64,000 bases of DNA from the NCBI GenBank assembly GCA_028280285.1, contig JANQMA010000012.1, positions 24,817-88,816 of the forward strand, given 5' to 3'. The translations under genes were made by a program, and so were the position numbers. Positions within the stretch are counted from its first letter, which is position 1, and the number at the start of each line of letters is the position of its first letter. The DNA is from Candidatus Omnitrophota bacterium. Its GTDB lineage: Bacteria; Omnitrophota; Gorgyraeia; Zapsychrales; Zapsychraceae. Positions 38,153 through 46,862 of this stretch are shown one piece after another. The notes under the pieces were generated by a model. That model saw nothing but the letters and a program-made list of their open reading frames with translations. It was not told the DNA's origin and did not search any database.

Positions 38153-39781
38153 ATGTTGAAGAATTTGACTGTCTTTTATCTAACCTTTCTGCTTTCCATT
38201 TTGACCGGGACAGGCGCACTGGCCCAGGTAAACATTCAAGGGGAAATCATTAATATGGATGCCATTAACGGCTACGCTTTTAGTGATTTAACTCAAGATT
38301 ACCTGTCTAAAGGAGACATTGTCCAAATCCTTGATGGGAGAGACTTGATCACTTATCTAGAGGTTGTAGAGGTTAAGTCCACATTTAGTCGCTTGGGATT
38401 TGCCGGTCAGATGACTCAAAAAGAAGATTTTCAAACGATTGATATTGGGAATCGTGTGGTGATCGCAGACAAGGCAAAGGAAGTAGCACGCATTGATCAA
38501 GACAATCAACAGTATCAAAAGAAAGTTGATAGTCTTAATCAAATCATTACGGCACTTACGCAAGAATTGGATAATATGAAGAGTTTAGGTTCTGCCTCAA
38601 AGCTCAAAAAAGACCTGGATGAAGTGCAAAAATCAAACGAAAAACTCAATACCAAACTATTATCATTTCAAAAACTTCTGCAAGATAAGACGGCGGATGT
38701 GGCGCAGATAAAAGAAGAAAATACTGTTTTAAGAGATAAGGCAAAGCGGTTAGAAAAGAAGTTGCAAGAAAAAGATCAATTTGATCGTACATCATTGGAA
38801 GCTAAACTTTCTGAAGCTCAGAAAGATCTTCAGACCATCGATCAATTGTCCCGTCAAAAGATTGCTCTTTCGGATAGCTTGGCGCTTGCGAATAAAAAAA
38901 TTGTTGAACAAGAAAAGATTATTGATGAACTTAAGGGGCGTTTGGCCAAACAAGATGAGGAAGTAAAGCTTTTCAATGACAAGCTTTCCAAATATAAAGC
39001 TCAAAGAGATGCGGCTCAATTGGAGCTGCTTGAAGGGATGCGGCAGGTTAAAGAAATAGAATCATCGATTCCTGGTTTAATCAAGGCTGTGCGTCAACCT
39101 TTAGAAGACAGACTTGCGCTTTTAACAGAAGAACTTGATGTTGCCCGGTTGAATATTAAAGAGGCCAATCTCCGGTTGTCGAAAGTTTCGGGTGAAAAAA
39201 ACAATTTACGCAATCAACTGGTCTCCATTGAAGAGAATCGAGGTAGTTTACATAAACAGTTTGAACAGGTAACTACGGAGCTGAATGAGAAGACAGATAG
39301 TTTGCAAAAAATGCAGGACCGCCTTACTGCTATGAAAAAAGAAAAAGCGCTTGTAATGGCCTATACGGCCCAGTTGGAGGACAGGAATAAAGGTTTGGAG
39401 AATAAAATTGGTAAAAAAGGTAACATGGAATCTGATTTACGGGAAATGGAGGAGAAAAGGGACTTTTTAAAGCAGCAATTGGCTATTTTAAATGACCGGA
39501 CGAATAATATTGATGCGATTACCAGTAAGTTAAAAGAAGTGCAGGAGCCATTTACCGACGAAATTGCGCGGCTGGAAGCAGATGTGGGACGCCTGAAAAA
39601 AGAGTTAGATGAAAAAAATATCGTTATTCAGTCTCTACGTAAAAGCCGTGGGGCAGAGACGATTATGCTTGATATGGATGCTGTTAATGTGGCCTTTCAA
39701 GAAGATCAGGTTGATATGAAAAAGTTATTATCCATTAAAGAAAGAATTGAAAAATCCTTTGATGGTTTATCTAATCCATAA
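38153..39781 (+). CDS. Secreted protein with an N-terminal beta-rich domain and a ~430-aa coiled-coil
   Basis: Signal peptide, then heptad-rich sequence (QELDNMKSL...LEKKLQEKD...) over more than 400 aa. Confidence 0.5.
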   Translation: MLKNLTVFYLTFLLSILTGTGALAQVNIQGEIINMDAINGYAFSDLTQDYLSKGDIVQILDGRDLITYLEVVEVKSTFSRLGFAGQMTQKEDFQTIDIGNRVVIADKAKEVARIDQDNQQYQKKVDSLNQIITALTQELDNMKSLGSASKLKKDLDEVQKSNEKLNTKLLSFQKLLQDKTADVAQIKEENTVLRDKAKRLEKKLQEKDQFDRTSLEAKLSEAQKDLQTIDQLSRQKIALSDSLALANKKIVEQEKIIDELKGRLAKQDEEVKLFNDKLSKYKAQRDAAQLELLEGMRQVKEIESSIPGLIKAVRQPLEDRLALLTEELDVARLNIKEANLRLSKVSGEKNNLRNQLVSIEENRGSLHKQFEQVTTELNEKTDSLQKMQDRLTAMKKEKALVMAYTAQLEDRNKGLENKIGKKGNMESDLREMEEKRDFLKQQLAILNDRTNNIDAITSKLKEVQEPFTDEIARLEADVGRLKKELDEKNIVIQSLRKSRGAETIMLDMDAVNVAFQEDQVDMKKLLSIKERIEKSFDGLSNP

Positions 39782-39782
39782 C

Positions 39783-40646
39783 ATGGCAATGACAGAGAAG
39801 CGTTTTAAAAATTCCGATATTATTTCAAGAGCGCAAGAAAAGCAAAGCATAGAGCGTAGAGAGTCAGAGACCGAAATGGATGCGCCTGCTTCTGATTTTT
39901 CTTTTATTGAAAAGGAAAATACACTAGAAGAAAATGAATCTACCTTAAACGCAGAGATACAAAATCTACAAGTTCAAAAAAAGCAGCTTAAAGAAGAAAT
40001 CGAAGTCTTGCGTCGTTTGAAGGAAAAAGTCAAAAACGATGCGCGCCCAATTAGTCTGACGGTTTTCAACGAAAAAACAGTGCTGCCACTTACAATTCTA
40101 GTCGTTGCGGTTTTAACTACAGCAGGGGTTTATTTTTTACAAAATTTAGATGCCGGAAAAGATAAGGCTGTCAATGTTATCAAACATCCGCTTTTATCGG
40201 TTTTTACAGTTGAGGAGCATACTGAGTTGGCGCAAATTTATATGGCCCAAAAAGATGTGTTTGATCGCGAATATGATAAATTGAGCTTAAGGGTTGCACT
40301 GATTAATCAGCTGCTACAGAGTGATGAAGCACAAAAAGACAATGTTTTAAGTCAAGGGGACGTCCTTTTAAAAAATGAAGTTTTTATTGAATATCAACAT
40401 CGTCTAGGGATAATGGAATTGCAGAAAATTCTCTTTGAGCCGGATAGTAGAGATGTGGCAGAGGAGCTTAAAAAAGGCATTAACGGTGTCAAAAATGAAA
40501 TGGTGATGCGTCTTAAGAAGTCTATTCCTAGTGGGTTTTCGGCCCAAACACAGGAAGGTATTACGACTTTGGCGAATAAAATGTTTTTGGATGTGCGTCT
40601 TAGTGCGATCGATGCTATACGGGGGGCGGCAAGGATATTGAAGTAA
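39783..40646 (+). CDS. Coiled-coil protein with a central TM helix
   Basis: Starts 2 nt after the previous stop (MAMTEKRF). It has a coiled-coil N-terminus, a TM helix (LPLTILVVAVLTTAGVYFL) and a C-terminal globular region. Confidence 0.45.
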   Translation: MAMTEKRFKNSDIISRAQEKQSIERRESETEMDAPASDFSFIEKENTLEENESTLNAEIQNLQVQKKQLKEEIEVLRRLKEKVKNDARPISLTVFNEKTVLPLTILVVAVLTTAGVYFLQNLDAGKDKAVNVIKHPLLSVFTVEEHTELAQIYMAQKDVFDREYDKLSLRVALINQLLQSDEAQKDNVLSQGDVLLKNEVFIEYQHRLGIMELQKILFEPDSRDVAEELKKGINGVKNEMVMRLKKSIPSGFSAQTQEGITTLANKMFLDVRLSAIDAIRGAARILK

Positions 40647-40655
40647 GAATAAGGG

Positions 40656-40728
40656 TTAACTTGTTTAAAGTTTATTGTTTAAAAATATTTAATAACACAT
40701 TAAACAATCAACATTAAACATTAAACTT
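40656..40728. repeat. AT-rich intergenic inverted-repeat family, copy 4
   Basis: Sequence is gtttaaagtttattgtttaaaaa...cacattaaacaatcaacattaaacattaaac. Confidence 0.5.
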
Positions 40729-40744
40729 CTAATGAGGAGACTTG

Positions 40745-41110
40745 ATGAGCGAGATCGATCCGAATTTACAAGCACAAGTGAAAGAAAAACTAAGTGCGGC
40801 AGCAGCCGAAATGGAACTTCCACTGGAAGTATTTATGGAAATTGTAGGTGAATCGATGGGGCCGACGGCAGAGGATATGGTTAAGCTTGGCGAGGTTGTT
40901 GAATCGGGAAATTATGAAGATATTCAGGCCATTTCACACAAAATGAAGGGGACCTTTGGTAATCTACGGCTTGACAGTTTGGTGGGCAATGCCGGGCGCA
41001 TTAATGATCTATCAAAGAATGCTGAAGGTATTGATGAAATTAAACAATTATACTCCGCGCTTCAAAAAGATTTTGATGAATTTATTGCCATAATCAAAAC
41101 ATTGTCATAA
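40745..41110 (+). CDS. Hpt (histidine phosphotransfer) domain protein
   Basis: Carries the ISHKMKGTFGNL motif (HxxKG with phospho-acceptor His) in a ~120-aa helical protein. Confidence 0.55.
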   Translation: MSEIDPNLQAQVKEKLSAAAAEMELPLEVFMEIVGESMGPTAEDMVKLGEVVESGNYEDIQAISHKMKGTFGNLRLDSLVGNAGRINDLSKNAEGIDEIKQLYSALQKDFDEFIAIIKTLS

Positions 41111-41141
41111 GATCTGCGTTTTTTCTTACATTAACCAATTC

Positions 41142-42971
41142 ATGTCACAAAAAAATACATATATTCTAGGGATTTCTGCGTTTTATCACGACAGTGCTGC
41201 GGCGCTTGTGAAAGACGGTGTAGTTATCGCGGCTGCTCAAGAAGAGCGTTTTACACGCATTAAGCACGATCAGTCCTTCCCGATTAATGCGATTAACTAT
41301 TGTTTGCGTGAAGCTGACATTGATGCCAATCAACTAAGCTATGTTGGTTATTACGAAAAACCGTTTATTAAATTTGAGCGTTTGCTTAAGACCTATTTTG
41401 CGTATGTTCCGTGTGGACTTTTTTCTTTTCTCAAAGCCATGCCGGTGTGGCTTAAACATAAACTGTTTCTTAAAAGCTTTATCCAGGATGAATTAAATTA
41501 TACCGGTGATATTGTTTTTTGTGAGCACCATGAGTCGCATGCCGCTTCTGCCTTTTATCCATCACCGTTTAAACAGGCGGCTGTGCTTACTATGGATGGG
41601 GTTGGGGAGTGGACGACAACGAGTTTCGGTCAAGGCGATGGTAACCAATTAACGCTGTCTGGTGAGATGCATTTTCCTCACTCACTTGGCCTGTTGTATT
41701 CGGCGTTTACCTACTACACGGGTTTTCGTGTTAATTCTGGGGAGTATAAATTAATGGGGCTTGCACCTTATGGTGAGCCTAAGTATGTTGATTTAATCCG
41801 TGATAGTTTGCTTGATTTAAAAGAAGATGGTTCGTTTAAACTCGATATGCGTTATTTTAACTATTGCGCCGGGTTGACGATGACGTCCAAGAAGTTTCAT
41901 AATTTATTTGGCGGCCCACCGCGTAAACCCGAAGCACCGATTAGTCAAAAAGACATGGATATCGCCCGTTCTATCCAAGCGGTGACCGAGGAGATTATGC
42001 TTAAAATGGCGGATCATGCGCATAAAACAACAGGGATGGACAATTTGTGTCTGGCCGGGGGTGTTGCGCTTAATTGTGTCGGTAATGGCAAAATACTTAA
42101 GCAAAGTAAGTTTAAAAATATTTGGATTCAGCCGGCCGCCGGAGATGCGGGAGGAGCGCTGGGTGTCGCGCTTTACACATGGCATCAATATTTAGGGCGT
42201 GAGCGTGTGGTGGATGATGTGCATGATTTGCAAAAAGGCTCATACTTGGGGCCTCAGTATGACGAGCCATACATTGAGCAATTTTTAAATAGTACGGAAA
42301 CACATTATGAAAAAGTTGATCACAGTGATTTGCCTAAACGTATAGCTCAGTTAATTAATGATCAGAATGTGGTCGGACTGTTTCAAGGGCGTGCCGAGTT
42401 TGGGCCGCGTGCATTGGGCGGACGTTCTATTTTGGGTGATGCGCAAAGCGCAAAAATGCAGGAGATTATTAATTTGAAAATTAAATTCCGTGAATCCTTT
42501 AGGCCTTTTGCGCCCAGTGTTTTGCGTGAGCGTGTCAGCAGGTATTTTGATTTGGATCGCGAAAGTCCTTATATGCTTTTGGTAGCTCCTGTTAAGGAAA
42601 GTCAGATTAATCCGGAGTCGCTTTATACAGATAAACAGGGACTTGAACGTTTAAAAATTAAACGTTCTAATATTCCGGCGATCACGCATGTTGATTATTC
42701 GGCACGGGTGCAAACGGTGGAAGAAAGGACCAATCCGCTGTATTACAATATTATCCGTGAGTTCGAAAATCTGTCGGGTTGTCCTGTCGTGATTAATACG
42801 TCATTTAATGTGCGTGGCGAGCCGATTGTCGGCACACCGGAAGACGCCTACAGGTGTTTTATGTGCACCAATATGGATTATCTGGTGATTGAAAATTATA
42901 TTTTTGAAAAAGTCAAACAACCGAATAAAGATAACTATAAATTATCGGATATCTCGACATTGGTGGATTAA
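41142..42971 (+). CDS. NodU/CmcH-family carbamoyltransferase
   Basis: The N-terminus YILGISAFYHDSAAALVKDGVVIAAAQEERFTR belongs to the Kae1/YgjD-like carbamoyltransferase N domain. A C-terminal carbamoyltransferase domain follows. Length is 609 aa. Confidence 0.85.
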   Translation: MSQKNTYILGISAFYHDSAAALVKDGVVIAAAQEERFTRIKHDQSFPINAINYCLREADIDANQLSYVGYYEKPFIKFERLLKTYFAYVPCGLFSFLKAMPVWLKHKLFLKSFIQDELNYTGDIVFCEHHESHAASAFYPSPFKQAAVLTMDGVGEWTTTSFGQGDGNQLTLSGEMHFPHSLGLLYSAFTYYTGFRVNSGEYKLMGLAPYGEPKYVDLIRDSLLDLKEDGSFKLDMRYFNYCAGLTMTSKKFHNLFGGPPRKPEAPISQKDMDIARSIQAVTEEIMLKMADHAHKTTGMDNLCLAGGVALNCVGNGKILKQSKFKNIWIQPAAGDAGGALGVALYTWHQYLGRERVVDDVHDLQKGSYLGPQYDEPYIEQFLNSTETHYEKVDHSDLPKRIAQLINDQNVVGLFQGRAEFGPRALGGRSILGDAQSAKMQEIINLKIKFRESFRPFAPSVLRERVSRYFDLDRESPYMLLVAPVKESQINPESLYTDKQGLERLKIKRSNIPAITHVDYSARVQTVEERTNPLYYNIIREFENLSGCPVVINTSFNVRGEPIVGTPEDAYRCFMCTNMDYLVIENYIFEKVKQPNKDNYKLSDISTLVD

Positions 42972-43014
42972 GATAAGCCCATTCAACTGCGTCAGTTGAA
43001 TGGGCGGTATTGTC

Positions 43015-43569
43015 ATGAAACAAGAAGAAACAAACAATTTAAAAATTTTTGGCTTCGGTGTGGCGCTTATACCTTCGTATCTCTTTTTTATGGATATATT
43101 CAAAGAGATATTTGCGCCTGGTTTTGGGATGTTTCTTCTTTATTTTTTTGTGTTTTTAATTTTTGCTCTTTGGATAATCAGTTTATCCGTTAAATACCAT
43201 ATTGTTTATCTTATTGTTTTGTCAGGTCTTTTGATATTTGATATTAGGTTCCAGTTAGCTCATGGGTCGGGTCTTTTTACGATTATATTTTACGCTGTTT
43301 CATTAGTTTTTTATTCTTGGGCCTGGATTCACCCGCCGAGTTTAAAACCGGTTTATGACAAATGGATGGGGGCAGCACATTTTATTGGTTTTATTATTTC
43401 TAATGTTATTTTGAGTATTTTGTATATAATAGCTTTTGTTCCGGCAGGGATTGTTATCCGTTTACTTCAGAAAGATTTGCTTAATCAAAAAATTGATCAT
43501 AAAGCGTCAAGTTATTGGATTATACGAGAGGATAAATTTGATAAAGATTCATGCCTGCGTCAATTTTAA
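43015..43569 (+). CDS. SxtJ-like membrane protein
   Basis: A 4-TM small membrane protein directly downstream of the carbamoyltransferase, as in sxtI-sxtJ-sxtK-type triads. The true start is probably MKQEE at 43015. Confidence 0.5.
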   Translation: MKQEETNNLKIFGFGVALIPSYLFFMDIFKEIFAPGFGMFLLYFFVFLIFALWIISLSVKYHIVYLIVLSGLLIFDIRFQLAHGSGLFTIIFYAVSLVFYSWAWIHPPSLKPVYDKWMGAAHFIGFIISNVILSILYIIAFVPAGIVIRLLQKDLLNQKIDHKASSYWIIREDKFDKDSCLRQF

Positions 43570-43591
43570 AGAAAGACACTGAATGGGGAAG

Positions 43592-43741
43592 ATGTCGATT
43601 ATCAAAGAGTTTTGGGAGTTTATTAAAATCAAAAAGAAGTTTTGGTTGGCCCCCATTATTTTCTTTCTTTTATTGCTTAGTTTATTTATTATTTTTGCAC
43701 AATCTTCGACTGTTGCGCCGTTTGTGTATACTCTGTTTTAA
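43592..43741 (+). CDS. DUF5989 (SxtK-like) small membrane protein, 49 aa
   Basis: Translates to MSIIKEFWEFIKIKKKFWLAPIIFFLLLLSLFIIFAQSSTVAPFVYTLF. It is missing from the ORF track because it is under 60 aa, and the overlapping 65-aa ORF at 43551 is in a different frame. Confidence 0.6.
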   Translation: MSIIKEFWEFIKIKKKFWLAPIIFFLLLLSLFIIFAQSSTVAPFVYTLF

Positions 43742-43749
43742 ACGATAAA

Positions 43750-43866
43750 ATTGTTTATTGTTTAATGTTTATAGTTTAAACAAGAGTAAAAAAGTGGAAT
43801 AACGATACTTTTAATGTATTTTTTAAATTTTTTTTAAACATTAAACTTTAAACAGTAAACAAATTT
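43750..43866. repeat. AT-rich intergenic inverted-repeat family, copy 5 (longest)
   Basis: Left arm ttgtttattgtttaatgtttatagtttaaac, a ~60-nt centre, then aaacattaaactttaaacagtaaac. It shares an exact 22-mer (ttgtttaatgtttatagtttaa) with copy 1. Confidence 0.55.
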
Positions 43867-43874
43867 AGAAAACC

Positions 43875-44981
43875 ATGTCTATTACGGAACAAAATTTACT
43901 CCGCACCCCACTCTACAACGCTCACGTAGCGCTTAATGCGCGCATGGTTCCTTTTGGCGGGTGGGAAATGCCCGTGCAATACGAAGGTATTCTCACTGAG
44001 TATGAGCACACACGTAACGGTGCTGCTGTGTTTGATATTTCCCATATGGGTGAGTTTATTGTTGAGGGGGATTTAAAAGAAAGTAGTTTGGATAAAATAG
44101 TGACCATGCGTTTGGATGATCTGCCGGTTAAGTCTAGCCGGTATGGCTGCATTTGTAATGAAGACGGTGGCGTGATCGATGACTGCATTATCTTCCGCTT
44201 AGAAGAGCGCAAATGGTTTGTTGTGGTGAACGGAGCGACGATTGACAAAGATGCCGCGCATTTTCAAAAGCATTTAACCGACAAAGCTGTTTTTACAAAT
44301 GTTTCAATGGATTTAGGCAAAATAGATATTCAAGGGCCGCAGTCTCGTGATGCACTGATGCACCTGGTGCCGGAGATTAAAAGTTTAGAATATTTCAAGT
44401 TTGATTATTTTACACTGTGCGATGAGGAAAATATTTTGATCAGTCGCACCGGGTATACCGGAGAATTAGGTTTTGAAATATTTTTTCCATGGGATAAAAC
44501 AGAAAAATTGTGGCAAAAATTGCTTAACAATGATACTGTAAAGCCAGCTGGATTAGGCGCGCGTGATATCCTCCGTTTGGAGGCAGGCTACAGCCTTTAT
44601 GGCCATGAGCTTAATGATCAATTATCCCCGCTTGAATCCGGGCTTAGCCGGTTTGTTGATTTAGATAAAGATTTTATCGGCCGCGATTATCTGCTTAAAC
44701 AAAGACAAGAAGGTTTACCGCAAAAAATAGTTGGTTTTATTTCTGAGTCGCGACGCTCTCCGCGCGCTGAGCAGAAAATTTTAAGCGAAAATGAAGAAGA
44801 GATCGGGTGGGTGACAAGCGGTTGCTTTTCCCCTCAGCTAGGTAAAGGCATTGGTCTAGGGATGGTGAAAACAGACTTTGCCAAAAGAGATACAAAAATA
44901 TTTTTTGGGGCTGACAAAACAAAAGTCCCCGCTATAATAAGTTCAAGAATATTTTATAAGAGTGAATCCATTAAGAGTTAA
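43875..44981 (+). CDS. gcvT: Glycine cleavage system T protein (aminomethyltransferase)
   Basis: N-terminal TPLYNAHVALNARMVPFGGWEMPVQY signature, 368 aa, and position upstream of gcvH. Confidence 0.9.
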   Translation: MSITEQNLLRTPLYNAHVALNARMVPFGGWEMPVQYEGILTEYEHTRNGAAVFDISHMGEFIVEGDLKESSLDKIVTMRLDDLPVKSSRYGCICNEDGGVIDDCIIFRLEERKWFVVVNGATIDKDAAHFQKHLTDKAVFTNVSMDLGKIDIQGPQSRDALMHLVPEIKSLEYFKFDYFTLCDEENILISRTGYTGELGFEIFFPWDKTEKLWQKLLNNDTVKPAGLGARDILRLEAGYSLYGHELNDQLSPLESGLSRFVDLDKDFIGRDYLLKQRQEGLPQKIVGFISESRRSPRAEQKILSENEEEIGWVTSGCFSPQLGKGIGLGMVKTDFAKRDTKIFFGADKTKVPAIISSRIFYKSESIKS

Positions 44982-44995
44982 AGGAGAAAGAGGCA

Positions 44996-45391
44996 ATGGA
45001 AGAAGTTGAATTGGTTGATCACTATTTGTATACCAAGGATCATGAATGGGTAGAGATTGACGGTGAGACAGCGACGGTAGGTATTACAGAATATGCACAA
45101 GCTTCTTTAGGTGATATCACATTTATTGAACTGCCCAGTATTGATGATGAAGTTGAACAGTTTGGTGATTTTGCTTCGGTTGAATCGGTTAAGGCGGCAA
45201 GTGATATCTTTGCTCCGGTTTCAGGTTCTGTGGCGGAAGTCAACACGGAGCTCGAAGAAGAGCCGGGCCTTATCAATAAATCCTGCTACGAAAAGGGGTG
45301 GATTGCCAAGATTGCAATCGCCGACATCGAAGAAAAAAATAGCTTAATGACAGCTGATGAATATCAGAATTTTTTAGTTAGCTCCGGTTAG
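44996..45391 (+). CDS. gcvH: Glycine cleavage system H protein
   Basis: Lipoyl-lysine motif (FASVESVKAASDIFAPVSG), 131 aa, SD GGAGAAAGAGG. Confidence 0.9.
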   Translation: MEEVELVDHYLYTKDHEWVEIDGETATVGITEYAQASLGDITFIELPSIDDEVEQFGDFASVESVKAASDIFAPVSGSVAEVNTELEEEPGLINKSCYEKGWIAKIAIADIEEKNSLMTADEYQNFLVSSG

Positions 45392-45412
45392 AACTAACCT
45401 AGAAGGACCGTT

Positions 45413-46768
45413 TTGATTCCCTATATTCCCAATACAGAAGTTGATGTTCAAGAAATGTTAAAGGCCATCGGAGTTAAGTCCATTGATGATCTTTTTATCG
45501 ACATCAAACCGCAGCATAAACCTAAATCTTTTAATCTTCCGGAAAGCAAATCCGAATTTGAAGTTTTAGAGTACATTAAAGAGCTGGCCGCGAAAAATGT
45601 TCAGGATTTAAAATATTTTATCGGTGGCGGGTATTATGATCATTATGTGCCGTCTGCCGTATCGGCTCTTATTTCTCGTGGTGAATTTTATACAGCTTAT
45701 ACTCCTTATCAGCCGGAATGTTCCCAAGGTACCTTGCAAGCACTTTATGAATTTCAAAGTTCGATCTGCACTTTAACCGGTATGGAAGCGGCGAATGCAT
45801 CGCTTTATGACGGCGGCACGGCTCTTTTTGAAGCGATTATGATGGCGATCCGCATAACAAAGCGTAAAAAAATTGTGATGGACGGAGGGGTAAGTCCCAT
45901 TTATCGGAAGATTATTGATACTTATACCTCCAATCTTGATTATGAATTTTGTGAAACGCCGGTTGAGCACGGTCACAGCAGCCGTTCTGAGATTAAAAAA
46001 CTTCTCGATAAAGATACGGCCGCAATTATTCTGCAAAATCCGAACTTTTTCGGAGCCATTGATGATTTTACCGATATTGTCGAAGAGGCGCATGCACAAG
46101 GCGTACTTGTCATTGAAAGTGTTTATCCGATTTCGCTCGGTCTTATTAAACCGCCGGGCGAAATGGATGTCGATATTGTAACAGGGGAAGGTCAAAGTTT
46201 GGGTCTTTCGCTTAACTTCGGCGGGCCGTATCTTGGGTTTATGGCAACCAAGAAAAAATATATTCGCAAACTCCCGGGGCGTATTGTCGGTGAAACAGTG
46301 GATAAAAACGGTCAGCGTTGTTTTGTCAATACTCTGCAGGCGCGTGAGCAACACATCCGGCGTGAGAAGGCAACCTCTAATATTTGCACGAATGTTTCAC
46401 TCTGTGCGGTGCAATCCTTAATTTATATGTCGCTTCTCGGACGTGAAGGATTAAAGGAATTAGCGCAAACGAATTTAAATAAAGCTGAGTTTATGAAACA
46501 AACGCTTGAAAAAATTGACGGGGTTCAGGTGAAGCGTTCCTCTCCGTCATTTAATGAGTTTACCGTATGCCTGCCGATTGATGCGTCGATTGTGGTTGAA
46601 AAAATGATCCCCATGGGCTTTGCGGCCGGATTTCCGCTGGGGCGGTACTATGAAGGTATGGATAATTATATGATTATTGCGGTGACAGAAAAGCGTACGA
46701 AGGATGAGATATTGGAATATGCCGAGGCGTTGCGTAATGTTTTGGCTTCGGAACTAGCAAAAACGTAA
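45413..46768 (+). CDS. gcvPA: Glycine dehydrogenase (decarboxylating) subunit 1
   Basis: 451 aa with the N-terminal half of the P-protein (PYIPNTEVDVQEMLKAIG; YTPYQPECSQGTLQALYEFQS). Confidence 0.85.
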   Translation: MIPYIPNTEVDVQEMLKAIGVKSIDDLFIDIKPQHKPKSFNLPESKSEFEVLEYIKELAAKNVQDLKYFIGGGYYDHYVPSAVSALISRGEFYTAYTPYQPECSQGTLQALYEFQSSICTLTGMEAANASLYDGGTALFEAIMMAIRITKRKKIVMDGGVSPIYRKIIDTYTSNLDYEFCETPVEHGHSSRSEIKKLLDKDTAAIILQNPNFFGAIDDFTDIVEEAHAQGVLVIESVYPISLGLIKPPGEMDVDIVTGEGQSLGLSLNFGGPYLGFMATKKKYIRKLPGRIVGETVDKNGQRCFVNTLQAREQHIRREKATSNICTNVSLCAVQSLIYMSLLGREGLKELAQTNLNKAEFMKQTLEKIDGVQVKRSSPSFNEFTVCLPIDASIVVEKMIPMGFAAGFPLGRYYEGMDNYMIIAVTEKRTKDEILEYAEALRNVLASELAKT

Positions 46769-46769
46769 A

Positions 46770-46850
46770 TCGTTGTACGGTTTCGAGACCCGTATCGTAT
46801 AACGGTAACGTTAACGTAACCGATACGGGCATCGATAACGAATACCGAGA
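46770..46850. repeat. Conserved palindromic leader element, copy B (upstream of gcvPB)
   Basis: Sequence is gagaCCCGTATCGtataacggtaacgttaacgtaaccGATACGGGCATCGataacgaataccgag. It is about 80% identical to 8201-8266 and ends ~12 nt before the ATG. Confidence 0.6.
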
Positions 46851-46862
46851 TAAAATTAAAAT

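Noticed and set aside
43551-43748. 65-aa ORF from the track after the SxtJ-like gene
   Set aside because: It is in a different frame from the conserved DUF5989-like 49-aa ORF (43592-43741), which has the family-typical sequence. The 65-aa frame has an Arg/Leu-rich, low-complexity composition.
43745-43874. Glycine riboswitch upstream of gcvT
   Set aside because: The region is occupied by the AT-rich inverted-repeat element. No tandem aptamer-like GGAGAG…CACCG cores were seen.
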